Source: Candidatus Parcubacteria bacterium
GTDB lineage: Bacteria; Patescibacteriota; Minisyncoccia; Minisyncoccales; JAGMDC01
DNA length: 64,000 nt
Reading direction: 5' to 3'
NCBI GenBank assembly: GCA_023130975.1
Contig: JAGMAD010000006.1
Span: forward strand, 87,187-151,186
The notes under the pieces were generated by a model, which was not told the origin of the DNA, did not search any database, and saw nothing but the letters and a program-made list of their open reading frames with translations. Of the stretch, positions 10,069 through 19,208 are shown piece by piece. The translations under genes were made by a program, and so were the position numbers. Every line of letters begins with the position of its first letter. The stretch's first letter is position 1.

Positions 10069-10205
10069 AGATACTATAAAAACAAAAACTACCCTAATCT
10101 GAGATTTTTAGGGTTGAGAGTTTTACTTAAGTTTTAAAAAAAAGAAGTAATCAATGTGAAAAATTTAATACTTCTAAAAAAATTTTAGAAACCGTTAGTA
10201 TTTAC

Positions 10206-10234
10206 AGTATATTCTATTTCCTTAAAATTGTCAA
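10206..10234 (-). promoter_or_regulatory. Sigma70-type promoter upstream of rpoB
   Basis: The minus strand reads TTGACA (10234-10229), a 17-nt spacer, then TATACT (10211-10206). The start codon lies about 135 nt downstream. Confidence 0.6.
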
Positions 10235-10325
10235 CCCCGCACCTTTTCTGGATATCCAAACTTGATAAACAAGTTTGGTAATCGTCAAACTTTATGTTTG
10301 ACGGAAATCCAGAAAAGGTGCGGGG
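10235..10325 (-). terminator. Perfect three-helix palindromic element (probable terminator or insulator)
   Basis: A 19-bp outer stem (10235-10253 with 10307-10325) encloses hairpins CCAAACTTG-ataaa-CAAGTTTGG and CGTCAAAC-tttat-GTTTGACG. It starts immediately after the upstream stop codon and ends at the -35 box. Confidence 0.6.
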
Positions 10326-10961
10326 TCAAGTTTTTAAAATCATTATTTCCCTTCCTTCTTTTGGCAAGTCCTTTCTTTTTATAGATAATTTATTTTGTGA
10401 CTCAACTGATTTTCCACCCATCACTTTTAAAAAGTCATCTACTTTTTTCAATTTTACTTTTAGCTTTGGAATATGATAAAACATAGGGATGACAATTCTC
10501 GGCTCTATCTGGCTGACAATCTTTGCCGAAACTTGAGCATCTTCGCCTACCGGCACCATTAAAATATCTACATTGCCTATTTTTTCCAATTGTCCGTTTT
10601 TTAATTCTTTCTCTTTGATAGAACCTAAATGGCAGACCCGTATTCCCTCTGCTTCAATAATATAAATATTGGCTGCTTCGTTTTTGCCTTTTTCTTTTTC
10701 ATTTGCTTCTATTGATATTCCTTGGATAAAAACATCTTTTATATCATACTCACCCGGTTCATCAATGAAAAAATAATCTCTCGTTTTAATTTTGCCGGCA
10801 TCGCAGTTTTTATTGGTGAACAATAAAATATCCGATTCCAGTTTCGGCACATTTAAACCAATATCATTCTGAAAAGGGTCAATAACTATTTTTACAGAAC
10901 TATCTTTTCCCTTGGCAGTAATGATTTGAAAACAAGATTGACCAAACCAAGTAATATTCAT
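10326..10961 (-). CDS. MBL-fold (UPF0173-like) protein with a degenerate metal-binding motif
   Basis: 211-aa ORF. The N-terminus MNITWFGQSCFQI..KIVIDPF resembles beta-lactamase-fold hydrolases. The expected HxHxDH position reads FTNKNCDAG. Confidence 0.5.
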   Translation of the reverse strand: MNITWFGQSCFQIITAKGKDSSVKIVIDPFQNDIGLNVPKLESDILLFTNKNCDAGKIKTRDYFFIDEPGEYDIKDVFIQGISIEANEKEKGKNEAANIYIIEAEGIRVCHLGSIKEKELKNGQLEKIGNVDILMVPVGEDAQVSAKIVSQIEPRIVIPMFYHIPKLKVKLKKVDDFLKVMGGKSVESQNKLSIKRKDLPKEGREIMILKT

Positions 10962-10979
10962 AGATTCTTTATTCGTTGA

Positions 10980-12509
10980 TTATTTGGCATATTCTACTAT
11001 TCTCTTTTCTCTAATCACTGTTATCTTAATCTCTCCCGGATATTTTAATTCTTCTTCAATTCTTTTGGCAATCTGCCGGGCCAGCTTATTAGCTGTTAAA
11101 TCATCTATTTCTTCTGGTTTTACAAAAACCCTGATTTCCCTGCCTGCCTGAAGCGCCCAAGCCTTTTCCACCCCGGCAAAAGAACCAGCAATCTCCTCCA
11201 ACTCACCTAACCGTTTAAGATAATTCTCAACCGTATCCTTTCTGGCTCCTGGCCTGGCTCCGGAAATAGCATCTGCTGTTTGGACTAAAACTGCTTCTAT
11301 GCCCTCTACCGGATATTCTCCGTGATGGGATTTCATAGCATCAATAACTTCTTTTTCTATCCCAAATCTTTCTAAAACCTTTATCCCTATTTCAGTATGG
11401 GACCCCTCCACTTTCCAGTCAAGGGCTTTACCAATATCATGCAAAAGACCTGCTTTCCGAGCTACCTGGGAATTTGCTCCAATTTCTGACGCCAGGGCGC
11501 CAGCTAAATGAGAAACCTCAATAGAATGAAGCAAAACATTTTGGCCATAGCTTGTCCGAAACCGAAGTCGTCCTAAAAGCTGGACAATTTTAGGGTCAAG
11601 GCCAACAATGCCTGTTTCGTAAACCGCTTGCTCACCGGCTTCTTTTATCTGGGAAACAATTTCCTCTTCTGCCTTAGAAACCATTTCTTCAATTCTGACT
11701 GGCTGAATCCGGCCGTCCTGAATTAATTTCTCCAAAGCGGTTTTGGCAATCTGCCGGCGAATAGGGTCAAAGCCGGAAATAACTACTACCTCTGGGGTTT
11801 CATCAACTATTATTTCTACGCCGGTTAAACTCTCCAAAGCTCTAATATTCCTACCTTCCTTGCCAATAATTCTTCCTTTTATTTCATCATTAGGCAAAGA
11901 AACATTAGTAGTGGTAATTTCCTGGGCTTGGGAGAAAGAGCATCTTTGAATAACTGAAGCCAAAATTTCTTTAGCTCTCTTTTCCAGTTTTTCCATTCCT
12001 TCTTTTTCCAAATTTCTCATCTTTTCCAAAATCTCCAGCTCGTTTTCCTTTTCTACGCTTTTAAGTAATTCTTTTTTGGCATCCTTTTGGGATAATTGAG
12101 AAATTTTTTCTAATTTTTCTACTGCTTCTTTTTTGTAGTTTTCTAAATTCTCTTTTATCTGTTTTAGCTTTTCTACTTTTTCATAGAATTCCTTTTCCTT
12201 TTCTTCAAAATGAGAAATTTTCCTGTCTAAAATATTTTCTCTTTTCAATAAAACCTGTTCGGTTTTTAAAAGATTTTTTCTTCTTCTATCTTCTTCTCTT
12301 TTGGCTGAATCCAATATAGCAGAATATTTTTCTTTGGCTTCAGAGATTAATTCTTCTGCTTCTTTTTTTGCTTGAGCATGCTTTTTCTGAATTTTCTCTT
12401 CTAAGGTGCCGACTTGTTTTTTGGCAATTGACTGGCGAGCATAGTAACCCAAAACCGAACCCAGCAAAAGACAAACTACGCCCACTAAAAGAGGGATTAA
12501 TGAATTCAT
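10980..12509 (-). CDS. rny: Ribonuclease Y
   Basis: 509-aa ORF with an N-terminal TM anchor, a long coiled coil, a KH domain ([16 protein letters not shown]) and an HD domain (LLHDIGKA). Confidence 0.9.
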   Translation of the reverse strand: MNSLIPLLVGVVCLLLGSVLGYYARQSIAKKQVGTLEEKIQKKHAQAKKEAEELISEAKEKYSAILDSAKREEDRRRKNLLKTEQVLLKRENILDRKISHFEEKEKEFYEKVEKLKQIKENLENYKKEAVEKLEKISQLSQKDAKKELLKSVEKENELEILEKMRNLEKEGMEKLEKRAKEILASVIQRCSFSQAQEITTTNVSLPNDEIKGRIIGKEGRNIRALESLTGVEIIVDETPEVVVISGFDPIRRQIAKTALEKLIQDGRIQPVRIEEMVSKAEEEIVSQIKEAGEQAVYETGIVGLDPKIVQLLGRLRFRTSYGQNVLLHSIEVSHLAGALASEIGANSQVARKAGLLHDIGKALDWKVEGSHTEIGIKVLERFGIEKEVIDAMKSHHGEYPVEGIEAVLVQTADAISGARPGARKDTVENYLKRLGELEEIAGSFAGVEKAWALQAGREIRVFVKPEEIDDLTANKLARQIAKRIEEELKYPGEIKITVIREKRIVEYAK

Positions 12510-12626
12510 AATTAAAAATGGATGGCTGGTAATTCAACATAATAATAAATTAGCAATGAATAATTTGATTATCCCTGATGAGATACCAAACTCCATATTA
12601 GTTTTTAAAATTAATTTTAATCAACT

Positions 12627-13214
12627 CTAAACTTTTTTTGTAATTACTTGGTCAATAATGCCGTATTCCTTGGCTTCCTGGGCTGATAAATAAAAATCCC
12701 GGTCAGTATCTTTAGTAATTCTGGTTAAGGGTTGGCCGGTATGCTTAGCTAAAATTTTATTCAGCTTTTCTTTTATCTTGACAATCTGTTTTGCCGTAAT
12801 CTCAATTTCCACTGCTGCTCCGCTGATGCCTCCGCCAGCCACCTGGTGAAGCAAAATCTCAGCGCTGGGCAAAGCAAATCTCTTTCCTTTGGCACCAGCC
12901 GCTAAAAGAGTTGCTCCCATTGAAGCGGCCATGCCAATACAAACAGTGGAAATAGGCGATTGGACATACTGCATTGTATCATAAACCGCCAAGCCGGAAG
13001 TGACTATTCCGCCTGGAGTATTAATATAAAGCTGGATGTCTTTTTTGGGATCTTTGGAAGCCAAAAAAAGCATTTGAGCAATCACAGAATTTGCTACCGG
13101 ATCAGTAATTGGTCCGGTTAAGAAAACAATCCGCTCTTTTAATAATCGGGAATAAATATCAAAAGCCCGTTCTCCATATTTAGTTTTTTCAATAACAGTT
13201 GGAATTAAATTCAT
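12627..13214 (-). CDS. clpP: ATP-dependent Clp protease proteolytic subunit
   Basis: 195-aa ORF containing ..[18 protein letters not shown].. and the GMAASMG active-site Ser context. Confidence 0.93.
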   Translation of the reverse strand: MNLIPTVIEKTKYGERAFDIYSRLLKERIVFLTGPITDPVANSVIAQMLFLASKDPKKDIQLYINTPGGIVTSGLAVYDTMQYVQSPISTVCIGMAASMGATLLAAGAKGKRFALPSAEILLHQVAGGGISGAAVEIEITAKQIVKIKEKLNKILAKHTGQPLTRITKDTDRDFYLSAQEAKEYGIIDQVITKKV

Positions 13215-13219
13215 AATAT

Positions 13220-14419
13220 TTAAATTTTTTCTTTTTTACTTTTAGTTTTATTTTTAGTTTGACCTTTTTTGTCTTCGATTTTAACTTCTTTCTCTGTTTC
13301 CGGGCTTCTCACATCTATCTTCCAGCCAGTTAATTTTGCTGCTAAACGAACATTCTGACCTTCTTTGCCAATAGCTAAAGAAAGCTGGTCTTCCGGCACT
13401 AAAACTAATGCCTTGTTTTTAGGCATAATCTTTACTTCTAAAACTTTTGCCGGCGACAAAGAATTGGCAATGTATTTTTCCGGCTCATCAGAATATTCAA
13501 TAATATCAATTTTCTCTCCGCCTAACTCATTAATCACTGCCGCCACCCTTGTTCCTCTCTGGCCAACCATGGCGCCAATAGGATCCATTCCTTCGCTGTC
13601 AGAAAGAACAGCAATCTTGGAACGGGAACCTGCTTCTCTGGCAATGGACTTTATAGAAACCTGGTCGGCAGAAATTTCTGGTACCTCCAACTCAAAAAGT
13701 TTTGACACCATCTTGGGATAAGCCCGAGACAAGATTATTTGGGGTCCCTTAGGCGTATTTTCCACATTTAAGATATAAAGCCGAAATCTCTGATTTGGCC
13801 GATAAAACTCTCCTGAAATCTGCTCTTCTCTTGGCAGAATACCTACTGTTTTGCCAATATCAAAAAAAACTGCTCCTGGTTCAATTCTCTGAACTAAACC
13901 AGAAATTATTTCTCCTTTTTTTGATTCGTATTCCTGAAGAATTGATTCCCTCTCTGCTTCTTTAATTTTTTGTAAAATCACCTGTTTGGCTGTTTGAGCG
14001 GCAATTCGGCCATAATCCTCCTGGGCTTCTAAAACCATTTCTATTTCATCTCCGGCTTTTATTTTTGGCTCTATTTTCTTCGCCTCTTCCAGCATAATAT
14101 GCTTTTCTGGATTAAAGCGGATTTTTTCTTTATCCGCCGTAGCTTCAGCGAAGGCGGGCTCCCCTTCTTCCTTTAATTTCTCGAGCTCCTCCTCAGAATA
14201 AATCATTTCATCGGAAACAACTAATTTCACCTGCCAGAACTTTGTATCTCCTGTTTTTGGGAAAAGTTTAGCTTTAACAATCTGACCCTTTTTACCATAA
14301 TCCTTTTTGTAGGCAGCAGCCAGGGCTTGCTCAATAACCTCTATAACTTTCTCTTGAGGAATTCCTTTTTCTTCAGCGATTTGTGCCATAGCTGAAGTAA
14401 ATGACTTGATTTCAAACAT
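13220..14419 (-). CDS. nusA: Transcription termination/antitermination factor NusA
   Basis: 399-aa ORF with an N-terminal domain, an S1 domain ([22 protein letters not shown]) and two KH domains. Confidence 0.9.
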   Translation of the reverse strand: MFEIKSFTSAMAQIAEEKGIPQEKVIEVIEQALAAAYKKDYGKKGQIVKAKLFPKTGDTKFWQVKLVVSDEMIYSEEELEKLKEEGEPAFAEATADKEKIRFNPEKHIMLEEAKKIEPKIKAGDEIEMVLEAQEDYGRIAAQTAKQVILQKIKEAERESILQEYESKKGEIISGLVQRIEPGAVFFDIGKTVGILPREEQISGEFYRPNQRFRLYILNVENTPKGPQIILSRAYPKMVSKLFELEVPEISADQVSIKSIAREAGSRSKIAVLSDSEGMDPIGAMVGQRGTRVAAVINELGGEKIDIIEYSDEPEKYIANSLSPAKVLEVKIMPKNKALVLVPEDQLSLAIGKEGQNVRLAAKLTGWKIDVRSPETEKEVKIEDKKGQTKNKTKSKKEKI

Positions 14420-14436
14420 AATAATTTTTAAAAAGT

Positions 14437-14456
14437 GTCCGTTGAAAAGAACGGAC
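14437..14456 (-). terminator. Hairpin GTCCGTT/AACGGAC followed by U5 (after tRNA-Ala, in the nusA leader)
   Basis: 7-bp stem with a 6-nt loop. The minus strand continues ACUUUUUAAAAAUU. Confidence 0.45.
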
Positions 14457-14463
14457 TATTTTT

Positions 14464-14492
14464 AGTTTAGCAAACTTCAAAAGCCCTGTCAA
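14464..14492 (-). promoter_or_regulatory. Candidate promoter for nusA
   Basis: The minus strand reads TTGACA (14492-14487), a 17-nt spacer, then TAAACT (14469-14464). Confidence 0.35.
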
Positions 14493-14500
14493 CTTTTTTG

Positions 14501-14574
14501 TGGACCCGAGGGGAGTCGAACCCCTAACCTCCTCGATGCCATCGAGGCGCGCTAACCAGTTGCGCCACGGGCCC
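14501..14574 (-). tRNA. tRNA-Ala (anticodon GGC)
   Basis: Manual cloverleaf: GGGCCCG TG GCGC AACTGGTTA GCGC G CCTCG ATGGCAT CGAGG AGGTT AGGGG TTCGACT CCCCT CGGGTCC A. The G3:U70 Ala identity pair is present and CCA is not encoded. Confidence 0.9.
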
Positions 14575-15084
14575 TTATTTAGTCCTGGTTAAAATCTTTC
14601 TGCTTTTTGTTTCAACGTCTTTGCGAAATGCTGATAAAATTTTTCTTCCCAGAATTATATGTTGTTCAATAATTTTTTTCCAGATATGATTAAGATAAAC
14701 CATATTTAAAAACAGAACAGCAATAATAATTATGGCGTCGTAGCTCTGGCGCAGCAAATAATTATTATCAAGATGAAGCCACATACCAAATTCATCAAAA
14801 GCCAAAGCCAGCCCAATACCATAGATTTTAGCTATCCTCAAATGATTTTCTTGGTTTTTATAGGTTAGTAATAGAAATCCGACAATAGCTAAAATAAAAA
14901 TGCCAAAATTAAAATGATGAATTTCTATCCCTTTTATCATCAAAGATATTTCTGGAATATATCCATAAGTCCAAGCATAAACCAAGACCCTTATTATCAC
15001 AAAAGTGGCAAAAAAATAAACCAAAATAACAAATGGGATTTTTCGGTTATGCTTTCCAAAAAGATTATAATAAAGTTTGTTCAT
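14575..15084 (-). CDS. Hypothetical polytopic membrane protein
   Basis: 169-aa ORF with about four hydrophobic helices. No family recognised. Confidence 0.5.
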   Translation of the reverse strand: MNKLYYNLFGKHNRKIPFVILVYFFATFVIIRVLVYAWTYGYIPEISLMIKGIEIHHFNFGIFILAIVGFLLLTYKNQENHLRIAKIYGIGLALAFDEFGMWLHLDNNYLLRQSYDAIIIIAVLFLNMVYLNHIWKKIIEQHIILGRKILSAFRKDVETKSRKILTRTK

Positions 15085-15092
15085 ATTTATTA

Positions 15093-15164
15093 TGCCCTTG
15101 GGAAGAGTCGAACTTCCATTTTCTCCTTAGGGGGGAGATATTCTATCCATTGAATTACAAGGGC
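15093..15164 (-). tRNA. tRNA-Arg (anticodon CCT) with C at position 33
   Basis: Manual cloverleaf: GCCCTTG TA ATTC AATGGATA GAAT A TCTCC CCCCTAA GGAGA AAAT GGAAG TTCGACT CTTCC CAAGGGC A. Confidence 0.75.
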
Positions 15165-15244
15165 AAAATAGTTGGGAACTATTCTACCTGCCCCGTTGAA
15201 ATTACGAAGTAATTTCTTTACGGGGTCCGTTGAATTACGAGGGC
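15165..15244 (-). pseudogene. tRNA-Arg 5'-half remnant interrupted by a 35-nt palindromic hairpin
   Basis: The minus strand reads GCCCTCGTAATTCAACGGA-[CCCCGTAAAGAAATTACTTCGTAATTTCAACGGGG]-CAGGTAGAATAGTTCC.. and has no T-arm or 3' acceptor. The 19-nt 5' end differs by 1 nt from the tRNA-Arg(TCT) gene at 16516-16587. Confidence 0.5.
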
Positions 15245-15252
15245 AATATTTC

Positions 15253-15287
15253 AACTTTTAACTTTTCACTTTTCACTTTTCACTTTT
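15253..15287. repeat. (AACTTTT)x2 (CACTTTT)x3 heptamer array
   Basis: Read directly from the sequence. Intergenic, upstream of the htrA-like gene. Confidence 0.85.
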
Positions 15288-15346
15288 ACGATAGCATATC
15301 TTTTTCTTGTTGACAATTATATTTTGTGCTACACTAATTATGTATT

Positions 15347-16372
15347 ATGGAAAAATCACCGATTATTGAAATCGTAAAAAGGGCCTGTCCAGCTGTTATC
15401 ACTATTGTTATTTCTAAAGACCTTCCTAAAATAGAGGGCTTTTATATGCTTCCTTTTGGCGGTCAGAGTTTTGTGGTGCCTAAAATAGAAAAAGGCAGGA
15501 AAGAAAAAACAAAAATCGGGGGCGGCTCTGGTTTTATTATTTCTTCTGACGGTTTGGTTCTTACCTCCCAGCATGTAGTCGGAGATCCCCAGGCCGACTA
15601 CACAGTTATTTTAGAACCAGAGAAAAAATATTCTGCCAAGGTGTTAGCCCGCGACCCAATCAACGATATCGCTATATTAAAAATTCAAGCTAAAAACTTG
15701 CCATTTTTAGAGTTGGGCGATTCAAACCAAATTGAACTTGGTCAAAGCGTGATTGCTATTGGCAATGCCTTGGGAGAATTCCATGATACAGTAAGCACTG
15801 GCATTGTCTCTGGACTAAGCAGAACTATTACTGCTTTTAACAGCATTGCCCAGCAAGCAGAGAATTTAAGAGGCCTGATTCAGACCGATGCCGCTATCAA
15901 CCCTGGCAATTCCGGCGGACCCTTGGTTGATATTGAGGGAAAAGTTATTGGCCTTAATACGGCTATGGTCGCTATGGCTCAAAACATTGGTTTTGCTATC
16001 CCCATAAATTATGCTAAAAAGGATTTAGCAGAAGTAGAGAAATATGGAAAAATCAGAATGCCTTTCTTGGGTCTGAGATACATTCTTCTAAATAAAGAAA
16101 TAGCGGAAAAAAATAAGCTGCCGGTTAATTACGGCGCCTTGGTTGTTAGAGAGGCCCTGGGCGAATCAGCTGTGGTTAAAGGTTCAGCAGCTGAAAAAGC
16201 TGGCTTAAAAGAATTTGATATCATTTTGGAATGCGCAGGCAAAAAAATCACTGCCGATAATCCTTTGTCATCTATTTTACAGGAACACAAAATAGGAAAG
16301 GAGATTGGATTAAAAATTTTAAGAAACAAAAAAGAAATATTAACCAAAGTGAAATTAGAAGAAAAAAAATAA
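15347..16372 (+). CDS. HtrA/DegP-family serine protease with PDZ domain
   Basis: 341-aa ORF with a trypsin-like core (..TSQHVV.., DIAILKI, GNSGGPL) and a C-terminal PDZ-like segment. Confidence 0.85.
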   Translation: MEKSPIIEIVKRACPAVITIVISKDLPKIEGFYMLPFGGQSFVVPKIEKGRKEKTKIGGGSGFIISSDGLVLTSQHVVGDPQADYTVILEPEKKYSAKVLARDPINDIAILKIQAKNLPFLELGDSNQIELGQSVIAIGNALGEFHDTVSTGIVSGLSRTITAFNSIAQQAENLRGLIQTDAAINPGNSGGPLVDIEGKVIGLNTAMVAMAQNIGFAIPINYAKKDLAEVEKYGKIRMPFLGLRYILLNKEIAEKNKLPVNYGALVVREALGESAVVKGSAAEKAGLKEFDIILECAGKKITADNPLSSILQEHKIGKEIGLKILRNKKEILTKVKLEEKK

Positions 16373-16431
16373 ATGTTTAGAGGCCGAATCCCTAAACATT
16401 GAAAATCCCGGCTGAAAATGGCTGGGATTTT
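16372..16431. terminator. Tandem hairpins between the htrA-like gene and the tRNA pair
   Basis: The first hairpin is AATGTTTAG/CTAAACATT (16372-16400), overlapping the TAA stop. The second is AAAATCCCGGC/GCTGGGATTTT (16402-16431), flanked by A and T runs, so it looks bidirectional. Confidence 0.6.
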
Positions 16432-16435
16432 TAGT

Positions 16436-16512
16436 TGGGGCGGACGAGGAGATTTGAACTCCCCCTAAAAACTCCACAGGTTTTTGTGCTAAGCCACTAC
16501 ACTACGTCCGCC
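16436..16512 (-). tRNA. tRNA-His (anticodon GTG), with G-1 and encoded CCA
   Basis: Manual cloverleaf: G GCGGACG TA GTGT AGTGGCTTA GCAC A AAAAC CTGTGGA GTTTT TAGG GGGAG TTCAAAT CTCCT CGTCCGC C CCA. Confidence 0.9.
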
Positions 16513-16515
16513 ATA

Positions 16516-16587
16516 TGCCCTCGCGAGGAATCGGACCTCGATCTAGAACTTAGAAGGTTCCTATTCTATCCGTTGAACTACGAGGGC
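16516..16587 (-). tRNA. tRNA-Arg (anticodon TCT)
   Basis: Manual cloverleaf: GCCCTCG TA GTTC AACGGATA GAAT A GGAAC CTTCTAA GTTCT AGATC GAGGT CCGATTC CTCGC GAGGGC A. Confidence 0.85.
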
Positions 16588-16615
16588 AAGATAACTATAT
16601 TATAAAATATAATTT

Positions 16616-16945
16616 TTAATCCGTCAATCCTTCTTCATCTGAAACGATAACTTCTTCCTTAAACAAATCCGGGTAGTTTTTTGTATCGGTTTCATTAAAT
16701 TTTATTTCCCGTTCTATCCATTTATTGGAAACATTTTCTAAAATCTCTTTTTTAAATTGAATTGGTTTTTTAGAAATCTGCGGTTCTTTTTTCTCAATTA
16801 AAATGCTGTATTTATAGAACAAAACCCCGCCAAAAATCAAGGCAAAGACAACCAAAAGCATAAAAGAACGAAAAGCATGTTTTGCTAAATCCCTTGACAG
16901 TTTTTTAAAAAATTTTTCTAATTTGTCTGTTTTTATTTTTTTCAT
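16616..16945 (-). CDS. Small single-pass membrane protein, last gene of the pilus operon
   Basis: 109-aa ORF with one TM helix (FMLLVVFALIFGGVLFY). No family recognised. Confidence 0.45.
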   Translation of the reverse strand: MKKIKTDKLEKFFKKLSRDLAKHAFRSFMLLVVFALIFGGVLFYKYSILIEKKEPQISKKPIQFKKEILENVSNKWIEREIKFNETDTKNYPDLFKEEVIVSDEEGLTD

Positions 16946-16966
16946 ATATTATCTATTATCCAATAT

Positions 16967-17527
16967 CTACTTCGTGTAGACCTTTATCATCAAATCAGCC
17001 CAAACATCTCCTTCTACATTATCGTGAGACCTAAATTCTTTCTCTTTTTCAGATAATTTCCTTATATTTAAATTAGAAATTTCAATAAGATAAGGAGCGG
17101 TTTCTATCTTTTCCAAGAATTTCAGAATATTAGGAAATGAACCGTTAAGAGATAATTGATAATTGCTAAAATTCCATTTTTCTGATTCTGCTTTTTTAGA
17201 AAAAGTAGCGGATATTTCAATCGCCAAAAAAGAATCTTTTGCCTTTTCTTCTAAAAACTCAATAAACTCAATAGGGGTTTCTCGATTAATAAACAAATTA
17301 TCAATTCTTTTTAGTTCTTCTTGACGGCTCTGATAAAAATCTCTTAATTGATTAAAATTCTCTTTCCTGAGCTGCAGTTCAGCAAAATTATTTTTTTGAA
17401 GTATAAAATCTTGGGAATCTTTTTTAATATCAGTCAAAAGAGGACAAATAATAAGAAATATAAAAATTAAAATGACTAAAGCAAAAAATACTAAAGATGT
17501 ATAAATTTTTTTATTTAGAGGCATCAT
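16967..17527 (-). CDS. pilO: PilO-like type IV pilus assembly protein
   Basis: 186-aa ORF with an N-terminal TM helix then a coiled coil. Its position after pilM-pilN and the 4-nt overlap with pilN support the call. Confidence 0.5.
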   Translation of the reverse strand: MMPLNKKIYTSLVFFALVILIFIFLIICPLLTDIKKDSQDFILQKNNFAELQLRKENFNQLRDFYQSRQEELKRIDNLFINRETPIEFIEFLEEKAKDSFLAIEISATFSKKAESEKWNFSNYQLSLNGSFPNILKFLEKIETAPYLIEISNLNIRKLSEKEKEFRSHDNVEGDVWADLMIKVYTK

Positions 17528-18072
17528 ATTTTAAGGTTTAAAGAGAAATCTATATCAATGGGTTTTGTCCAGGTAGCGGAAGGGAAGTCAATTTTACCTT
17601 TGAAGAGTTCTTTTTTTTCTTCAAGATTGGTCTTAAATTCAGATAAAAGTTCCCTGGTAGGAGAAAAACCAGAAAGAGAAACTAAAAACTTACTATCTTT
17701 TTCTTTGCTGGAATTGATGGAAATTGTCTTTAAATAAACCCCGGAAGGCAAAACAAATGAAAGTTCTTCTAAAATTTCAATTAGGGAAATTTGATTTTGG
17801 TAAAAAAGCTCTAATTCCAAGATATCTTTATTAAGGCACCTTATTTTTGTTTCTAATCTTTCAATTTCTGAAAACTCCATTGCTTTTCGGGACCGCTCAA
17901 TAAATTCTTTTTCTACTTCAAGCTGGCTAGAAACATAAATCTTTATAGAAAATAAAATCAAACTCAAAGAAACCAGAAAAAGCAAAACAAAAATTCCCAA
18001 AATGAGAACAATTTTATACTGTTCTTCTCTTAATAATTCTTTTTTATTTTTTGGCGGAAGTAAATTAATCAT
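17524..18072 (-). CDS. pilN: PilN-like type IV pilus assembly protein
   Basis: 182-aa ORF with the MINLLPP N-terminus typical of PilN, followed by a TM helix. It overlaps pilM by 8 nt. Confidence 0.65.
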   Translation of the reverse strand: MINLLPPKNKKELLREEQYKIVLILGIFVLLFLVSLSLILFSIKIYVSSQLEVEKEFIERSRKAMEFSEIERLETKIRCLNKDILELELFYQNQISLIEILEELSFVLPSGVYLKTISINSSKEKDSKFLVSLSGFSPTRELLSEFKTNLEEKKELFKGKIDFPSATWTKPIDIDFSLNLKI

Positions 18073-19204
18073 CTTTTTTTATACCACGAAGGGCTAAGCC
18101 AATGGCAGTAGTGTATTTCAAAGATTCTTCTAACGACATTTCTATTTCTTTGGAAATATTTATCCAAGGATTTCCTGCTTGAGTTAAAGTTTTTAATTCA
18201 AGAGAAAGAAATTTAGAGAGACCTTTCAGATTAGCCCCGTCACCGCATAGAATAATTCTTTCCACCCTTTTTCCGTTTTTAGGAAGATGATTGCTAAATT
18301 CATGCGATTGATAATAATCAAGATACGCCTTTGTTTGCTCAATTAAATCAGTAAGAATAGGAATTAATGCTTCAAAAACTCTTTCTTCGCAAATAATTTC
18401 TTTTTTAAATCGTTTTTCGTTTTTCTTTGCCTTCAAACGAATTCTCTCCGGTCCCTTAAGTCCGTATTTTATTTTTAATTTCTCTGCTTTATTAATATCA
18501 ATTTCTAATGCCCGGGAAACTGCTTCGGTAAATTTTTGGCCAGAAATAGGAATAGAAGAAGTAAATCTTAAAGAATTATTTTTAAAAATTATAAAGCCGG
18601 TTCTGGTAGCTCCTAAATCAATTAAAAGAATGGGTTCCGAGCTTTTTCCCTGTTTTATTAAAGCCCGGGCAATAGAGATGGAATCAACCTCTAACGCCTT
18701 AATCTGAAGCCCGGCTTTTTTAAAACAGGAAACATAACCATCCACTATCTCTTTAGGCATAGCCGCAATCAAAACTTCAAGATAACTCTGCTTGCTGCTT
18801 AAGGGAGGAATAATCTGAAAATCAAGATAAACCTTATGGAGAGGAACCGGGATATAGTTTTCTGCTTCAAACCTAATAGCGCTTTCTATCTCTTCCTTTT
18901 CCATTTTCGGCATTTTAATTATTTGTAAAAACGCTTTTTCCTCTGGCAAAGAAACAATCACATAATTTGTCTTTATTTTTTCTCCTTTCACACTGCTCAT
19001 TGTTTTTCTGATAAGCTTTACTAAACCCGGTTCATTTCTGATTATTCCTTTTCTTATTATCCCCGGCTTTATGCCTGTCTGGCTAAAAGAAGCTAAAGAC
19101 AAGCCATCGCCTTTTTTCTTAAGCTTCACAATCCTTATAGACAAATCAGACATGTCTATGCCAAATGCTTCTGGATTTAAATTTAGATAATCTAATATTT
19201 TCAT
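18065..19204 (-). CDS. pilM: PilM, actin-like pilus assembly ATPase
   Basis: 379-aa ORF with the FGIDMSDLSIRIVKL start and LIDLGATRTGF phosphate-binding-like motifs. Confidence 0.7.
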   Translation of the reverse strand: MKILDYLNLNPEAFGIDMSDLSIRIVKLKKKGDGLSLASFSQTGIKPGIIRKGIIRNEPGLVKLIRKTMSSVKGEKIKTNYVIVSLPEEKAFLQIIKMPKMEKEEIESAIRFEAENYIPVPLHKVYLDFQIIPPLSSKQSYLEVLIAAMPKEIVDGYVSCFKKAGLQIKALEVDSISIARALIKQGKSSEPILLIDLGATRTGFIIFKNNSLRFTSSIPISGQKFTEAVSRALEIDINKAEKLKIKYGLKGPERIRLKAKKNEKRFKKEIICEERVFEALIPILTDLIEQTKAYLDYYQSHEFSNHLPKNGKRVERIILCGDGANLKGLSKFLSLELKTLTQAGNPWINISKEIEMSLEESLKYTTAIGLALRGIKKDD

Positions 19205-19208
19205 ATAC

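Noticed and set aside
15165-15244. The tRNA fragment as an attL/attR scar of an integrated element or prophage
   Set aside because: The duplicated part is the 5' half of the tRNA, not the 3' end. No integrase or phage-like genes flank it. The neighbouring genes are housekeeping (htrA-like, nusA).
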